Source: a virus
Lineage: Duplodnaviria; Caudoviricetes
Direction: 5' to 3' (one strand)
Length of the DNA: 42,497 bases
IMG/VR virus record: IMGVR_UViG_3300020161_002831
Span: 1 to 42,497 of that record
The translations under genes and the position numbers were made by a program. The notes under the pieces were generated by a model. It had not been told where the DNA came from and did not search any database. It saw nothing but the letters and a program-made list of their open reading frames with translations. Below, piece by piece: positions 24,852-34,253 of this stretch (within the stretch, counting starts at the first letter, position 1; each line of letters starts with the position of its first letter).

Positions 24852-25232
24852 TCAGGTACTGTGGTGATAGATGGCGTCGAGAAGCCGGTCGTCGGGCGAA
24901 CCGCCCGCGTTACCGCGCTTTTCGGCGACTTTCGCAAAGCCCATCGCTGGTGGCTGTAGGAGCAGTGCCTGCTTCAGAGTGGCCAAGTCCTGGCCGGAGT
25001 CCAGCAGTGCCGCAACCTTCTCACGAAACGGGATACGACTGTCTCCCTGTCCGCGATTTTCCAGCAACTCAACGATATCCGCGGCGAGGTCTTTCCGTGT
25101 CAACTGGGCAGCCAGTTCGCTATTTTCAGCGGCCAACTTCACGTTGTTCGCCTGTAGCGTCAGCAGCGTATCGGAAGCTGTTTTCATCAGCGCCGCTACG
25201 TCTACCATGCTGGTGTTCGCACGATTGCTCAC
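24852..25232 (-). CDS. scaffold-like coiled-coil protein
   Basis: 126 aa, heptad pattern; KTAS, KLAA, KVAA, KVAE. Confidence 0.6.
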   Translation of the reverse strand: MSNRANTSMVDVAALMKTASDTLLTLQANNVKLAAENSELAAQLTRKDLAADIVELLENRGQGDSRIPFREKVAALLDSGQDLATLKQALLLQPPAMGFAKVAEKRGNAGGSPDDRLLDAIYHHST

Positions 25233-25768
25233 GTTGCACCTCCTAGCCGACGAGCCCGAAAACGCTGGCGAAGCGAGTTCAGCCCGTCTTCACTTCTAGC
25301 CGCCGCAGCAGTCTTTGCGAGGGTATCACCCCCGCTAGCGGGCGCTTCATGCCCAAGGGCTTCACGCAGCATTCCTGCGAGCGTTGTGCCCTGGTCGTCA
25401 TCTGAGTCATCCGCGTTGCTCGACTCGTCTACGACTACCGTAGGAGCCGCCGCGGCGTTCTGCGCAAGAGCCGCAACCTTCTGTACGGCCGCATCCACGA
25501 TGCGCTCGTCAGTGGTGGAAATGCGGCTTGCCTGCTTCGTCTTCAGTCGATCCAGCACCCCACGGAGCACGGAACTTCGGTCGAGCGGTGCTTCCGGCGC
25601 ATGCACAGAGTGCTCAGCGTCCGACAGCTGCTCGCTTGCGTAGTCCAGTGCTGCTGCGAGTTTTTCCACGTACTCGGCCGTAGGCGCAGGTGCTGGCGTC
25701 GAGGCAGCTGCCACAGAAGCCGCCCGAGCAGCGGCCAGCTTCTGCAGTAGTCCATCTGTTCCAGCCAT
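25229..25768 (-). CDS. scaffold/core-like protein
   Basis: Ala-rich and helical; KLAA x2, KQAS, KVAA, KTAA. Confidence 0.6.
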   Translation of the reverse strand: MAGTDGLLQKLAAARAASVAAASTPAPAPTAEYVEKLAAALDYASEQLSDAEHSVHAPEAPLDRSSVLRGVLDRLKTKQASRISTTDERIVDAAVQKVAALAQNAAAAPTVVVDESSNADDSDDDQGTTLAGMLREALGHEAPASGGDTLAKTAAAARSEDGLNSLRQRFRARRLGGAT

Positions 25769-25794
25769 AGCGACCTCTCTATCAGTTCGGTGTG

Positions 25795-25809
25795 TATTAA
25801 CGGTTAATA
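25795..25809. repeat. 15-bp palindrome copy (intergenic)
   Basis: TATTAACGGTTAATA. Confidence 0.95.
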
Positions 25810-25837
25810 CCCGTTTAGTCCAGCAGGACCAACTGAT

Positions 25838-26446
25838 TTAGCCGAGGTCGCGAATGGCGGTGAGCAGCATCGCGATCTTTTCGACGTCCCAGCCGGCCTC
25901 GTCGAGCAGGGCCTCGGTGCGCGCCGTGATGTACTGGTCGACCTCGTCCGGTACTTCCATCCCACTCAGCAGGTTGGCGACCTTCTCGCGGCCGTTCACC
26001 TCTTCGATGATGCTCTCATCGGTCAGCTGGTTCAGCTGCACGAGGATGTCGTTCGCATGGCACTGCGCGAGTTCTTCCATGACCTCGGGCGTGAAGTCAC
26101 CGTAGGAGGCGACCTTCTGCAGCTCGTTCAGCTCATCGAAGAAGCCGTGCGCCTGCGCGCGGCCGAACTCATAGCCCTGCTCGACGACCTCGGCGCCTTC
26201 GTACTGGCCCTCGGCAAACTGTTCCTCAGCGCTCGCGACCTTGTGCACGCCGTCCTCGCCCGAAATCACGTCAACCATCAGCGCGGCGATTTCGTCGTCG
26301 CTGAACTGCGAGAGGTCGACACCCTCGGCAGTGGCCATCTTCTCCAGCTCGCCGAGCAACTCGACGGCGTCGGCGCCAGCGATCTTCTCAAGACCGTCCT
26401 CGGACTGACCGGCGTAAAGAGCCTCAATGATCGGGTTCATCTTCAT
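25838..26446 (-). CDS. acidic scaffold/core-like protein
   Basis: Very acidic, high GC3; KIAG, KMAT, KVAS x2, KVAN, KIAM. Confidence 0.65.
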   Translation of the reverse strand: MKMNPIIEALYAGQSEDGLEKIAGADAVELLGELEKMATAEGVDLSQFSDDEIAALMVDVISGEDGVHKVASAEEQFAEGQYEGAEVVEQGYEFGRAQAHGFFDELNELQKVASYGDFTPEVMEELAQCHANDILVQLNQLTDESIIEEVNGREKVANLLSGMEVPDEVDQYITARTEALLDEAGWDVEKIAMLLTAIRDLG

Positions 26447-26572
26447 TCTCTCTGTTGTTGTGTGCCGTTGGTCGTACGTGGCAGTAGAGTCAGTCTATGC
26501 CTAAACCGCGGGCGATGGAAAGAGACGACAGAATAGCGCGTTTCTCTGGGGGATGGTCCGGGATTCTACCGG

Positions 26573-28162
26573 TCACAGTCGCAGCTGCTGAACTAGCTCT
26601 CCGAGTTTGAGTAGCCCAAGCAGGATGGACGCCGCCAGAGTAGGATTTTGCTCGACGTACGCCTCAAGGTCACCTAGTTGATCCGAATGCCCCGTATTAT
26701 CTCGGGCGTAGGCACTGTAAAGGTAAGCCATCGGCAGCGCAGATAACAAGTTACTGTGCTGCCCCTCGCCAAAGGTACGGCTTCCTCGTGGGTCACTGGC
26801 GCTGAGTGTAGAGAGCAGCGCTGGATTCTGTCGCATCAAAGAGCCGGTTAGATTGGGCATGTTCTGCATTAGCCCTAATCTGTAGCCAGTATACGGAGCG
26901 CTCAGCTGCGGTAGAACACTTTTTTCGGAAAAAGGTATTAACCGTTTATACGCGGCGTTCGCTACCGCGTGTCTCGGACACAGATTTCGGCTGGAGAGCT
27001 GATCGAACAGCCCGTCTCCAAGCGCAGAGCGTGAGAGCACGACGCCCATGATGTCGGAGAGTAACGAGCCTGAGACATTGCTTCCGGACACAATGGACGG
27101 AGCACCGTGTGCGCTGCTGCTATGCGGGAACACGTCCCCGGAGTCGTATAGCTTCTCGGCCATGTCTGGTCGCCCTGCCCGCACCAGGACGATTGTCTGA
27201 TACTCCCGCGGCGAAAGAACCACGCCGCCGGCCCCCAGAGAACTTGCCAGCGTAGGAAGGCTGTACCGGGCCGACAGACCGTGTAACTGTCCGAAAGACA
27301 TATCCGGCTGTACACGTGCTAACGCAGGCGACACGCGCCGCGCCATTGCGGGCACGTCCTTAATCAGTTCCGCGCGCTTGCGCCGAGACGCTAGCTTTTC
27401 TGCCAGACCAGAACGAAGTCCACGCAACGACGCTTCCTTACGCAGTCCATCTTGCGCAAACACCGAGGCGACCTTCTGCATCGCAAAGCTGGTGCGGTCT
27501 GCGCCAATTATTACGAAGCTGATGTCGAAGAACACGGGATCCGGGTTGTCGACGCAGACCTTGCGGCCATCCGGCATGAGCTGTCGCATCATCGTGCGCA
27601 TACACACGCAGCGGTCGCTACCGTCGGGCTTGTACGACTTGTGTGCGCAGATCCGGCAGACGTCGAACTTGACCCTACATCCCATGCTCACGGCTACAGG
27701 AACGCCAGAGTCGAGCTTGACCAGCAAGTCCTCGTGACCGAACTCCTTAGCCAGCGCGCGGTCGATCTCAATGACCAGCTCGACTCGTCGCATTACGCGG
27801 TTGTACGACGCGAAGATCACCTTGCCAAAGGACTTGGCCTTGTCCTTGTTCTGGTGATTTCGGAACACGCCCGCGTTGTAGAACGTGCGGTACCCCGCTA
27901 GATCCGAATCGCGGTCTAAGTCCTTCTCGGCGAAGTAATCCGCGTTCTGGTTGTCGCCGTAGAACTCGCCTGCTCCGACCGCATTGAGAAGCACATAAAG
28001 CTTCTCTGGACTCGACTTAATCTTCGCGACGAATTCTGTGACGTCTGGATTGACCTTGCTCTCCGCGACCTTGACCTTGAAGCCATTGCCAATGGGGAAT
28101 AGCGCCTGCACGGTCGCGGTGCCGTCGGCTCCGTATGCGGGAAGGTCGATTGTTTTGTACAT
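26573..28162 (-). CDS. prohead maturation protease (HK97/assemblin-like fold, Zn insert) with C-terminal extension
   Basis: NQNADYF, VFRNHQNKD (His), VSMGC (Ser), CRIC...CVCM, FFDISFVIIGAD; upstream of scaffold and capsid genes. Confidence 0.7.
   Translation of the reverse strand: MYKTIDLPAYGADGTATVQALFPIGNGFKVKVAESKVNPDVTEFVAKIKSSPEKLYVLLNAVGAGEFYGDNQNADYFAEKDLDRDSDLAGYRTFYNAGVFRNHQNKDKAKSFGKVIFASYNRVMRRVELVIEIDRALAKEFGHEDLLVKLDSGVPVAVSMGCRVKFDVCRICAHKSYKPDGSDRCVCMRTMMRQLMPDGRKVCVDNPDPVFFDISFVIIGADRTSFAMQKVASVFAQDGLRKEASLRGLRSGLAEKLASRRKRAELIKDVPAMARRVSPALARVQPDMSFGQLHGLSARYSLPTLASSLGAGGVVLSPREYQTIVLVRAGRPDMAEKLYDSGDVFPHSSSAHGAPSIVSGSNVSGSLLSDIMGVVLSRSALGDGLFDQLSSRNLCPRHAVANAAYKRLIPFSEKSVLPQLSAPYTGYRLGLMQNMPNLTGSLMRQNPALLSTLSASDPRGSRTFGEGQHSNLLSALPMAYLYSAYARDNTGHSDQLGDLEAYVEQNPTLAASILLGLLKLGELVQQLRL
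26936..26950. repeat. 15-bp palindrome variant (inside protease gene)
   Basis: TATTAACCGTTTATA. Confidence 0.9.
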
Positions 28163-28184
28163 GCTGGCTCGTTTCGTCGGGCGT

Positions 28185-28199
28185 TATTAACCGTTAATA
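28185..28199. repeat. 15-bp palindrome copy (intergenic)
   Basis: TATTAACCGTTAATA. Confidence 0.95.
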
Positions 28200-28234
28200 A
28201 TACTCGGTCGGCGGAAGGTCGCGTAGTGTAGATA

Positions 28235-28265
28235 TGAAAATGGCGGCACAAGGCCGCCATTTTCA
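28235..28265. terminator. 13-bp stem-loop, likely (bidirectional) terminator
   Basis: TGAAAATGGCGGC-ACAAG-GCCGCCATTTTCA. Confidence 0.7.
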
Positions 28266-28280
28266 ACGAACAATTTACGA

Positions 28281-28634
28281 CTACTTCTTACTGCGGTGGC
28301 GAACGCCGGCGACGACCAGTCCGGTAGCGCCTACACCGAGTCCCGCGGTAGCCAGTTCTTGCCTGATTCGGTTGCTACGAGCAGTTCTACCGGCAGCACT
28401 GGCCGCACCAGTTAGCGCACCAGAGAGCAGACCAACTCCGGCCCCAATACCGAGCGCCTGACGAAGTGCACCATAACCGTATTGACGCGCAAGCAGTCCA
28501 CCGCCGACCCCGCCGACCACGGCGCCACTGCCGACACCGTAAAGTCCGCCGCGCACCGCACCCCGCGCCACAGCGCGTCCAATAGACGCTGCGAATTTCT
28601 GCAGGATCTGCGCCTTGCGCCCAGCAAGCGTCAT
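28281..28634 (-). CDS. glycine-zipper membrane-type protein (K-x-A motif)
   Basis: QKFAAS; GxxxG runs; ends GLVVAGVRHRSKK; ATGA overlap. Confidence 0.65.
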   Translation of the reverse strand: MTLAGRKAQILQKFAASIGRAVARGAVRGGLYGVGSGAVVGGVGGGLLARQYGYGALRQALGIGAGVGLLSGALTGAASAAGRTARSNRIRQELATAGLGVGATGLVVAGVRHRSKK

Positions 28635-29371
28635 TTGTCGGCTCTCCACATCTGCGGCATATCCTTGCCGGTGCCGACGAAGGCAGAACGGAGGACGCCG
28701 AACTCGTTCTTCTTGTCCATGGCCTCCGCACGGAGCTTACGCGCATTCGCGATGGTGAGCACATCGGCGGGCTGGATACCCTCTTCCTTGAACATCATGG
28801 CGCGGCGCATGAAGCTCGACGCGGTAAGCGGGTCTTCCGCCATGTCCGGATTGAACTTGTGCAGGGTGTTGAAGGCCGCCTGCAGTTCCTGCGGCTTGTG
28901 CTCCTTCAGCGAAGGAGTATGCTTCAGCATCGCGTCGAACGCTCTCTTCTTCCCGTAGTGATCAGAGGTGTAGTCGATCGCCTTGGAGATGCCGGCTGCG
29001 CCAGCGCCTAGACCCGCGGCCAGGACACCGAGGCCCAACGCGCGCCGTCCGATTCCTCCGTGCCCGAAAATCTCCTGCATGACCGTAGGAGGGCGATTGA
29101 AAATCTTGCGACGAAGCGCCTCAAGACCAATGGCGCCACCGGCACCCAAGATCGCTACCGGCGCTTTTTCGGCGATACCCGCGGCAAGATGACCGCGCCG
29201 CTTGAACACCTGTCCAAACGCGTCGCGCATTCCAAGTTCAGGCTTTCCTAGAATGCCGTCTAGTTTAGGGACGGCCGGCGGAGGCGCGGGAGCCTTGGTG
29301 CCCTTCTTGGCTGCCAGCTTTACCTGAAGGCGCTGCACCAGTAGTTCACGCTGTGCGTCAGAGATTGACAT
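28631..29371 (-). CDS. virion-associated protein with hydrophobic Gly-rich helices
   Basis: VKLAA; two hydrophobic segments; helical C-terminal domain FNTLHKFNPDMAEDPLTASSF. Confidence 0.65.
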   Translation of the reverse strand: MSISDAQRELLVQRLQVKLAAKKGTKAPAPPPAVPKLDGILGKPELGMRDAFGQVFKRRGHLAAGIAEKAPVAILGAGGAIGLEALRRKIFNRPPTVMQEIFGHGGIGRRALGLGVLAAGLGAGAAGISKAIDYTSDHYGKKRAFDAMLKHTPSLKEHKPQELQAAFNTLHKFNPDMAEDPLTASSFMRRAMMFKEEGIQPADVLTIANARKLRAEAMDKKNEFGVLRSAFVGTGKDMPQMWRADK

Positions 29372-29373
29372 AC

Positions 29374-29988
29374 TTAACCCCAAGTTTGACGTGTGAGTGG
29401 ATTCTCTGCCGAAGGTGTCGCGGAGAACGTCTGCGTAGTTTCCGGGCTGATGCTTCGATCCGGAAGCTCTGGAACTGGGACGAGGGCGCGGGCGAGGCCG
29501 TAAGTTCCCTCGCGCTTCTCGGGGTTCTTCAGCATGTAGTACCCCAACGCACCCAGCCCCGCGGTCATCATCGGATGTCGTTTTGCGAATCCAACAATAC
29601 CGCCTGGGGCATACTTTCTAGCGTAGAAGACAGTCTTGCCCTCCACCGTTCCACGCAACGCTTTTCCTGGCATCTGCTTTGAGCGTATCGCGTTGTACAC
29701 ATCTTCCGGGATAACGTCTAGCCCGACGCCCGGCCCGCCAGACACCGGGCTGAGCCGGTGTCCCTTCATGGGGCCAAAGCGGGCCTTGGGTCCGAATAAC
29801 GCGTGTCCCGCGATACCACCAGCCGCATTGAACGGTGCGCCGAGAACTCTAGCTAACGGATTTGTAAAGACTCTGTCGATGCCAGAGTTTAGCGCCTGCG
29901 CCGCCTGGGCGACTCTTGGTACTTTCTCGGCAGCAGTCTTCAGGAGCAACGACCGCATTCTTCGACGAGCTTCCTTGGTGACCGGCAT
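29374..29988 (-). CDS. basic Gly-rich virion-associated protein
   Basis: LLKTAA; HPMMTAGLGALGYYML hydrophobic segment. Confidence 0.65.
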   Translation of the reverse strand: MPVTKEARRRMRSLLLKTAAEKVPRVAQAAQALNSGIDRVFTNPLARVLGAPFNAAGGIAGHALFGPKARFGPMKGHRLSPVSGGPGVGLDVIPEDVYNAIRSKQMPGKALRGTVEGKTVFYARKYAPGGIVGFAKRHPMMTAGLGALGYYMLKNPEKREGTYGLARALVPVPELPDRSISPETTQTFSATPSAENPLTRQTWG

Positions 29989-29989
29989 G

Positions 29990-30961
29990 TTAGCCCTCGA
30001 CAGTCGGGGCAGCGGCTACTGGCGCGGAAGATGGAGGCTGCACTGGGGTGCTCTGCGCAGGGCTGTTGTTGAAAATCTCCGAAGTAGGCGGACCCTGCTC
30101 AGGGGCCGTGGAGAACATCTGGTCAGCCGTCGGGGACGGTCCACGAAGGATACTCTGCAGCTGCCCGATATCGGCACGGGCCTGCTCAAGTACTGGCTGT
30201 AGCATGTCCAGCTTGGAGACCACCGAATCCAGCTCCTGCACCAGCCCGGTGATTGGATTGCCCGGGTCCGGCAACATCCCCAGCGCGGCCATCTTTTCCA
30301 GATCGCCGGTAGAGGTAACGCCGTTGTCTTCCAGCAATACACGCTCAAGCGCCGGTGTTGCGCCCGCAGAGCGGATGCACAGTTCAATGGCAGACTCGCT
30401 GTGCCGCTCATTACGCGCCTGCTCAATCACGCGATTCAGCGAAGCCACCTTCACCATCACGGCTGTTTCGAGACCGTCAACCTGTGCGGCCAGCGCCTTT
30501 TCCTGCACTATGAGCTTCGCGTATAGTGCTCTCTCGTTATCGAGATTATTAACGGTTAATACCGAGGCGGTCTTCTCGATATTACGCGTCGGAAACGCGG
30601 CATCGAAAAACGTCTGGCTGCTCTGGCGAGGAATCTGGATTCTCGACGCAGTCTTGTTCATTGGCGCGGCCGGCGGCCAGCAGATGTCAGACACCTCCGC
30701 GAGTTTGGCGAGGGGGAACTCGATGTTGCCCTTGTACCCCGCTCTGAATAGGGTAGCGAACGCGCGATTGTTCGCCTCCTCCACTACTCTCTGTGCCTGC
30801 TCTTTGTTGAGGCCAGCCTTCTTCACGATTTCGGCAACGCCAGAACTCAAGGGAACGTTATCGTTCACAAATGCGGACGCAGCCTGGGAGCCATAGTTTC
30901 TGACCGCATCGGCGGTCAGTGTTCCAGATGGCGCACAAATCATAGCTGCAAGAGCGTTCAT
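29990..30961 (-). CDS. putative head core protein (multiple K-x-A motifs, coiled coil)
   Basis: KTAS x2, KVAS, KMAA; LNKEQAQRVVEEAN; ATGA overlap with terminase. Confidence 0.65.
   Translation of the reverse strand: MNALAAMICAPSGTLTADAVRNYGSQAASAFVNDNVPLSSGVAEIVKKAGLNKEQAQRVVEEANNRAFATLFRAGYKGNIEFPLAKLAEVSDICWPPAAPMNKTASRIQIPRQSSQTFFDAAFPTRNIEKTASVLTVNNLDNERALYAKLIVQEKALAAQVDGLETAVMVKVASLNRVIEQARNERHSESAIELCIRSAGATPALERVLLEDNGVTSTGDLEKMAALGMLPDPGNPITGLVQELDSVVSKLDMLQPVLEQARADIGQLQSILRGPSPTADQMFSTAPEQGPPTSEIFNNSPAQSTPVQPPSSAPVAAAPTVEG
30547..30561. repeat. 15-bp palindrome copy (intragenic)
   Basis: TATTAACGGTTAATA. Confidence 0.95.
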
Positions 30962-32661
30962 GGATAGTCCTCGTAGGTCTCGTCGTATGAATCTATTGGT
31001 TCAGCTGGCCCACTTGCGATACCACCTGGACCGGTCGGACTGATGATATCAGGTCTTGGGTTATGGATCATAGAAGCCAAAAGACAGTACGCGGCAGCAT
31101 GTAGCGTGTCGTCTGTCATGCCGGGTGTTTTGCTCACGAGAGCGTTACCGCGTGCATCCTGCTCCTGAAACACACACAAAAACTCATCCGCGAACGGCGT
31201 CTCGAAGTCCTCCCACCTCGGAAAGACGATGTCCTTACCGGACCGAATCGCATTAATCAGCGCCATAAGAACCTCGGTTCTGTTGGCCATGAAACGCATC
31301 AACTTGCTGTCGAAGTACAACAGCTTGGTGTTCACGTACTGGTAGCGTGCGAGACGCCGTAGACCGTAGCGGTTGATCAGGCTCTGTCCATATACGTGAC
31401 CGCCGCCATGGTCGTAACCGATGATGCGCGGTTTGAACTTGTCGATCAGCCCGAGGATGTGCGGAATCATCACGTCGGCCTCGGCCTCGGCGCCCTCATA
31501 CCGCTTGAAGTAGATATAGGTGAAGCGACCGTTGCGATAGCCACCAATACAAACGGCGGTCAAAGAGGACTCGTCCGCCCCGCCGCCACCCCAGTCAATT
31601 CCCATGTAGAGGTCTTCACGGCCGATGCTTTTCTCAGCGGCGTCCATGCGCCGATTCTGGTCGCAGCAAGCACGGAGCATCTCCCGTGTCAGAAGTCGGT
31701 CAGCGTGGTCGAAGGCGAGCGCGAGTACCTCATTCATAAACTGGCCGCGTGTGTAGCCGCGGCCTTCCATCTTATCAATAATCTCGCGCCAGATCACCCA
31801 GCTAACTACAATCTGCGGTACGCGGAATCCTTGGTACACACTGCCGATGGGAGGATTGCGGAGCCACTCCTCACTACGCATCGACGCCCACTGGCAGCGT
31901 GGATTATCTGGGAAAATCTGCTTCCCGCACCGGGAGCAAATGAGGAAGAGCCGACCGATGTTTTTCTCGCCCGGGAGATTCCAGTGGTTACAAGCGTCAC
32001 AGGGAATCATCCACTCGCACTTGGTGGAAAATTTCTCCCAGTACGCGTTCATCGTGTTCTCTACCGACTTCGGCGTTCCCGCATAGCGGAACGACTTGAT
32101 CGGGCTATGAGACACGGCCTCCTGCACAATCGGGATTACGTCGACTAGAATGTCCTGCAGCTCGTCGATGATCAAACCATCCGCGGATACACCGCGGGAG
32201 CGATCTGCGCTAAGGTACGCATATCGAAAAGTGATGTCTGACTGCGTGATAAACTTCTTGTAGAGGACGTTGTCAGGAAAGCCCTTCGATGGTGCACCTT
32301 TGTAGAACTGCAGCTTCGGAGACTGTGCAATCGGGGCCGTGATACGGTCACGTGAAAACGTCTCGGTCTGCGTCTGCGTGGGCGAGATGAACAACGTGCG
32401 GTAGAACTCACGCAGGCAACAGCGCGTGAGCACGCTGTTCCCCATGGTGGTCGACTTCTCGCTCTGACGGGCGAAACAGAGCAGCAGTCGTTCCGCATTG
32501 ATGTCGTAGATTGGCTCCAGGTAGCGGCGGCCTTCAAATGAGAACGCGTTTAACTTCCCGCCGTAGGGGATGTTAATGAACGTCTCCGCAAACGTTGACG
32601 GGAGTAGACGAACTATCTCAGCGTCAGTTATGGTGGAGGCCGCAGTCTTGAATCCAAACAT
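30958..32661 (-). CDS. terL: terminase large subunit (lambda GpA-like)
   Basis: FARQSEKST (Walker A variant), LIIDELQD (Walker B), AGTP, Zn ribbon CDAC...CSRC, nuclease MGIDWG and DDTLHA. Confidence 0.88.
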   Translation of the reverse strand: MFGFKTAASTITDAEIVRLLPSTFAETFINIPYGGKLNAFSFEGRRYLEPIYDINAERLLLCFARQSEKSTTMGNSVLTRCCLREFYRTLFISPTQTQTETFSRDRITAPIAQSPKLQFYKGAPSKGFPDNVLYKKFITQSDITFRYAYLSADRSRGVSADGLIIDELQDILVDVIPIVQEAVSHSPIKSFRYAGTPKSVENTMNAYWEKFSTKCEWMIPCDACNHWNLPGEKNIGRLFLICSRCGKQIFPDNPRCQWASMRSEEWLRNPPIGSVYQGFRVPQIVVSWVIWREIIDKMEGRGYTRGQFMNEVLALAFDHADRLLTREMLRACCDQNRRMDAAEKSIGREDLYMGIDWGGGGADESSLTAVCIGGYRNGRFTYIYFKRYEGAEAEADVMIPHILGLIDKFKPRIIGYDHGGGHVYGQSLINRYGLRRLARYQYVNTKLLYFDSKLMRFMANRTEVLMALINAIRSGKDIVFPRWEDFETPFADEFLCVFQEQDARGNALVSKTPGMTDDTLHAAAYCLLASMIHNPRPDIISPTGPGGIASGPAEPIDSYDETYEDYP

Positions 32662-32673
32662 TCGTTCACGCAA

Positions 32674-32688
32674 TATAAACGGTTAATA
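32674..32688. repeat. 15-bp palindrome variant (between divergent genes)
   Basis: TATAAACGGTTAATA. Confidence 0.9.
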
Positions 32689-32702
32689 ACCGCGGAGGTC
32701 AC

Positions 32703-33026
32703 ATGGCCAAGAAAGAGCAGAAATCTCGCCTACTGCGAGAAGACCCATTGTCGATGCAGCATATCGTAGATCGCGTAAAGAGCGCACAAATAGAATGTAC
32801 GCTCGTGAACAGCGAACTACATTTCCCGCCGGATCAGAGTAGAGAAGCGTTGCTGCGCACTGTGGCTGCGTATGTACGTACGGAGGGATTCAACGCGGCG
32901 GTCGATACCAAACGGGGGACGCTGACGATCAGTCGAAGAACTTCCGGAGGTCGACGACCGGTGGTGCAGCCGATGGCCGCGCCGGTGGAGTTGCGGGAGC
33001 AGGACGTCGATGAGGGCGATGGCTAG
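32703..33026 (+). CDS. hypothetical protein
   Basis: Strong GGAGGT RBS; the only convincing plus-strand gene inside the morphogenesis block; divergent from terL. Confidence 0.6.
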   Translation: MAKKEQKSRLLREDPLSMQHIVDRVKSAQIECTLVNSELHFPPDQSREALLRTVAAYVRTEGFNAAVDTKRGTLTISRRTSGGRRPVVQPMAAPVELREQDVDEGDG

Positions 33027-33210
33027 ACGGCTTTATAGGGGCCTCGTCTGCGTCCTCCGTAGGTTCATGCTGGTCGCACACGAAGCCCTCGTGTACGAAC
33101 CTGTTAGCGAGCACTAAACAGGTCCCGTCTCCCGAGTGCGCCATGCCGGGCCGCAGATTGAAGTTAAGGCAGGTGCCGCAGCACTTGGCAGACGTCGCTT
33201 CGCGTACCAT
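32929..33210 (-). CDS. small Cys-rich metal-binding protein
   Basis: CCGTCLNF...GTC...GFVCDQH; 98-nt convergent overlap with 32703..33026. Confidence 0.5.
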   Translation of the reverse strand: MVREATSAKCCGTCLNFNLRPGMAHSGDGTCLVLANRFVHEGFVCDQHEPTEDADEAPIKPSSHRPHRRPAPATPPARPSAAPPVVDLRKFFD

Positions 33211-33225
33211 TATTAACCGTTAATA
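33211..33225. repeat. 15-bp palindrome copy (supplies the GNAT gene stop codon)
   Basis: TATTAACCGTTAATA. Confidence 0.95.
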
Positions 33226-34253
33226 TTTAGGGGACTGAGCGGATTACGGTGCCAGTTGCGTCCCGCCATCTGATTAAGACCGTGGTACGGACTTAGCGTA
33301 CGGGTAACGGCGCCAAACGCAGGTGCGACCTTTTGTGCAACTCGGGGAGCCGCATGCTCTCCGAGAGCACTTAGCGCAGCAAGTGATAACGATGATCCGG
33401 TCGCCAAATTCTCAGCTGTTCCGTGCGCGACGCTGAGCGCGTCGCTAACGATGGGCTTTGCGGACAATTTCGAAAAGAACTCCCCGAGTACTTTTAGACC
33501 CGGAAACGCGGCATTCTTTTCCACGCCAGCTAGCAGTCGACTAATCTCTTCCCGCCTCGCTGGGGTCGTCAATGAGTGCATTCGTTCACGTCGCAAATGC
33601 AGGATATCCGACTTGCGGGTTAACGCCGCTACCTCCTCTCTAACACCCTTTATTTGCGCTCGCAGTGCTCCGCGCTGCTCCGGCGACATCGGCGTGTCAG
33701 TCTTTGGGTACAGGTCATTGTGCAAGAAATCGTTCTTGGCATCTATCTCTTTTTGAAACCAGTTTCGGCGCTGCTGTGTCGGGACAGCGCGATTACCCGG
33801 GGCCAAACGCTGCGCCGTCGCTAGCGCCGTCGGTGCCTGCTGGACCGGTAAAGTACTGGATTTCCATGCGCGTTCCGGGAGCTGACCTACATAGTGCGGA
33901 GCTGTCCGTATGGCGTCTGGGTTCGTGTGCGGATTGTGCAGCACCCGATACTTCGGGTTCTCTGCTAAGCGATTCCACACGCCGTGAGCTTGCGCCGATA
34001 CGGAGGTATCTGACGCGAGACGCCCCTCCGGCATCAAGCGCATGGTCTCGCCGTACAGCTTACGCCCCAGCCCCATACCCTGAAATGCCGGATCAACGGA
34101 TGAGTAACCGATTTGTGCGACGCCACCGGGTTTGAGTGCCAACGCCCCAACTTCGCGCGAGCCCAAATTCATTCGAGCGATTAACTCACCACCTTCATTC
34201 GCGAGAGTGTGAACGATGCGCGATCGAAGTGCGTTGGCTTGTTTAGGTCGCAT
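33213..34253 (-). CDS. GNAT acetyltransferase-domain protein
   Basis: VDPAFQGMGLGRKLY (acetyl-CoA motif A), SDTSVSAQAHGVWNRL; KQAN and KNAA motifs. Confidence 0.75.
   Translation of the reverse strand: MRPKQANALRSRIVHTLANEGGELIARMNLGSREVGALALKPGGVAQIGYSSVDPAFQGMGLGRKLYGETMRLMPEGRLASDTSVSAQAHGVWNRLAENPKYRVLHNPHTNPDAIRTAPHYVGQLPERAWKSSTLPVQQAPTALATAQRLAPGNRAVPTQQRRNWFQKEIDAKNDFLHNDLYPKTDTPMSPEQRGALRAQIKGVREEVAALTRKSDILHLRRERMHSLTTPARREEISRLLAGVEKNAAFPGLKVLGEFFSKLSAKPIVSDALSVAHGTAENLATGSSLSLAALSALGEHAAPRVAQKVAPAFGAVTRTLSPYHGLNQMAGRNWHRNPLSPLNING

Noticed and set aside
23600-25246. 548-aa plus-strand ORF (and similar long antisense ORFs over parB, sheath and 29990..30961)
   Set aside because: Shadow ORFs opposite high-GC3 genes; Arg/Gly-skewed, no RBS or motifs.
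26447-26572. Intergenic stretch as a tRNA or structured ncRNA
   Set aside because: No cloverleaf, T-loop or convincing stem found; no tRNA or rRNA was recognised anywhere in the window.
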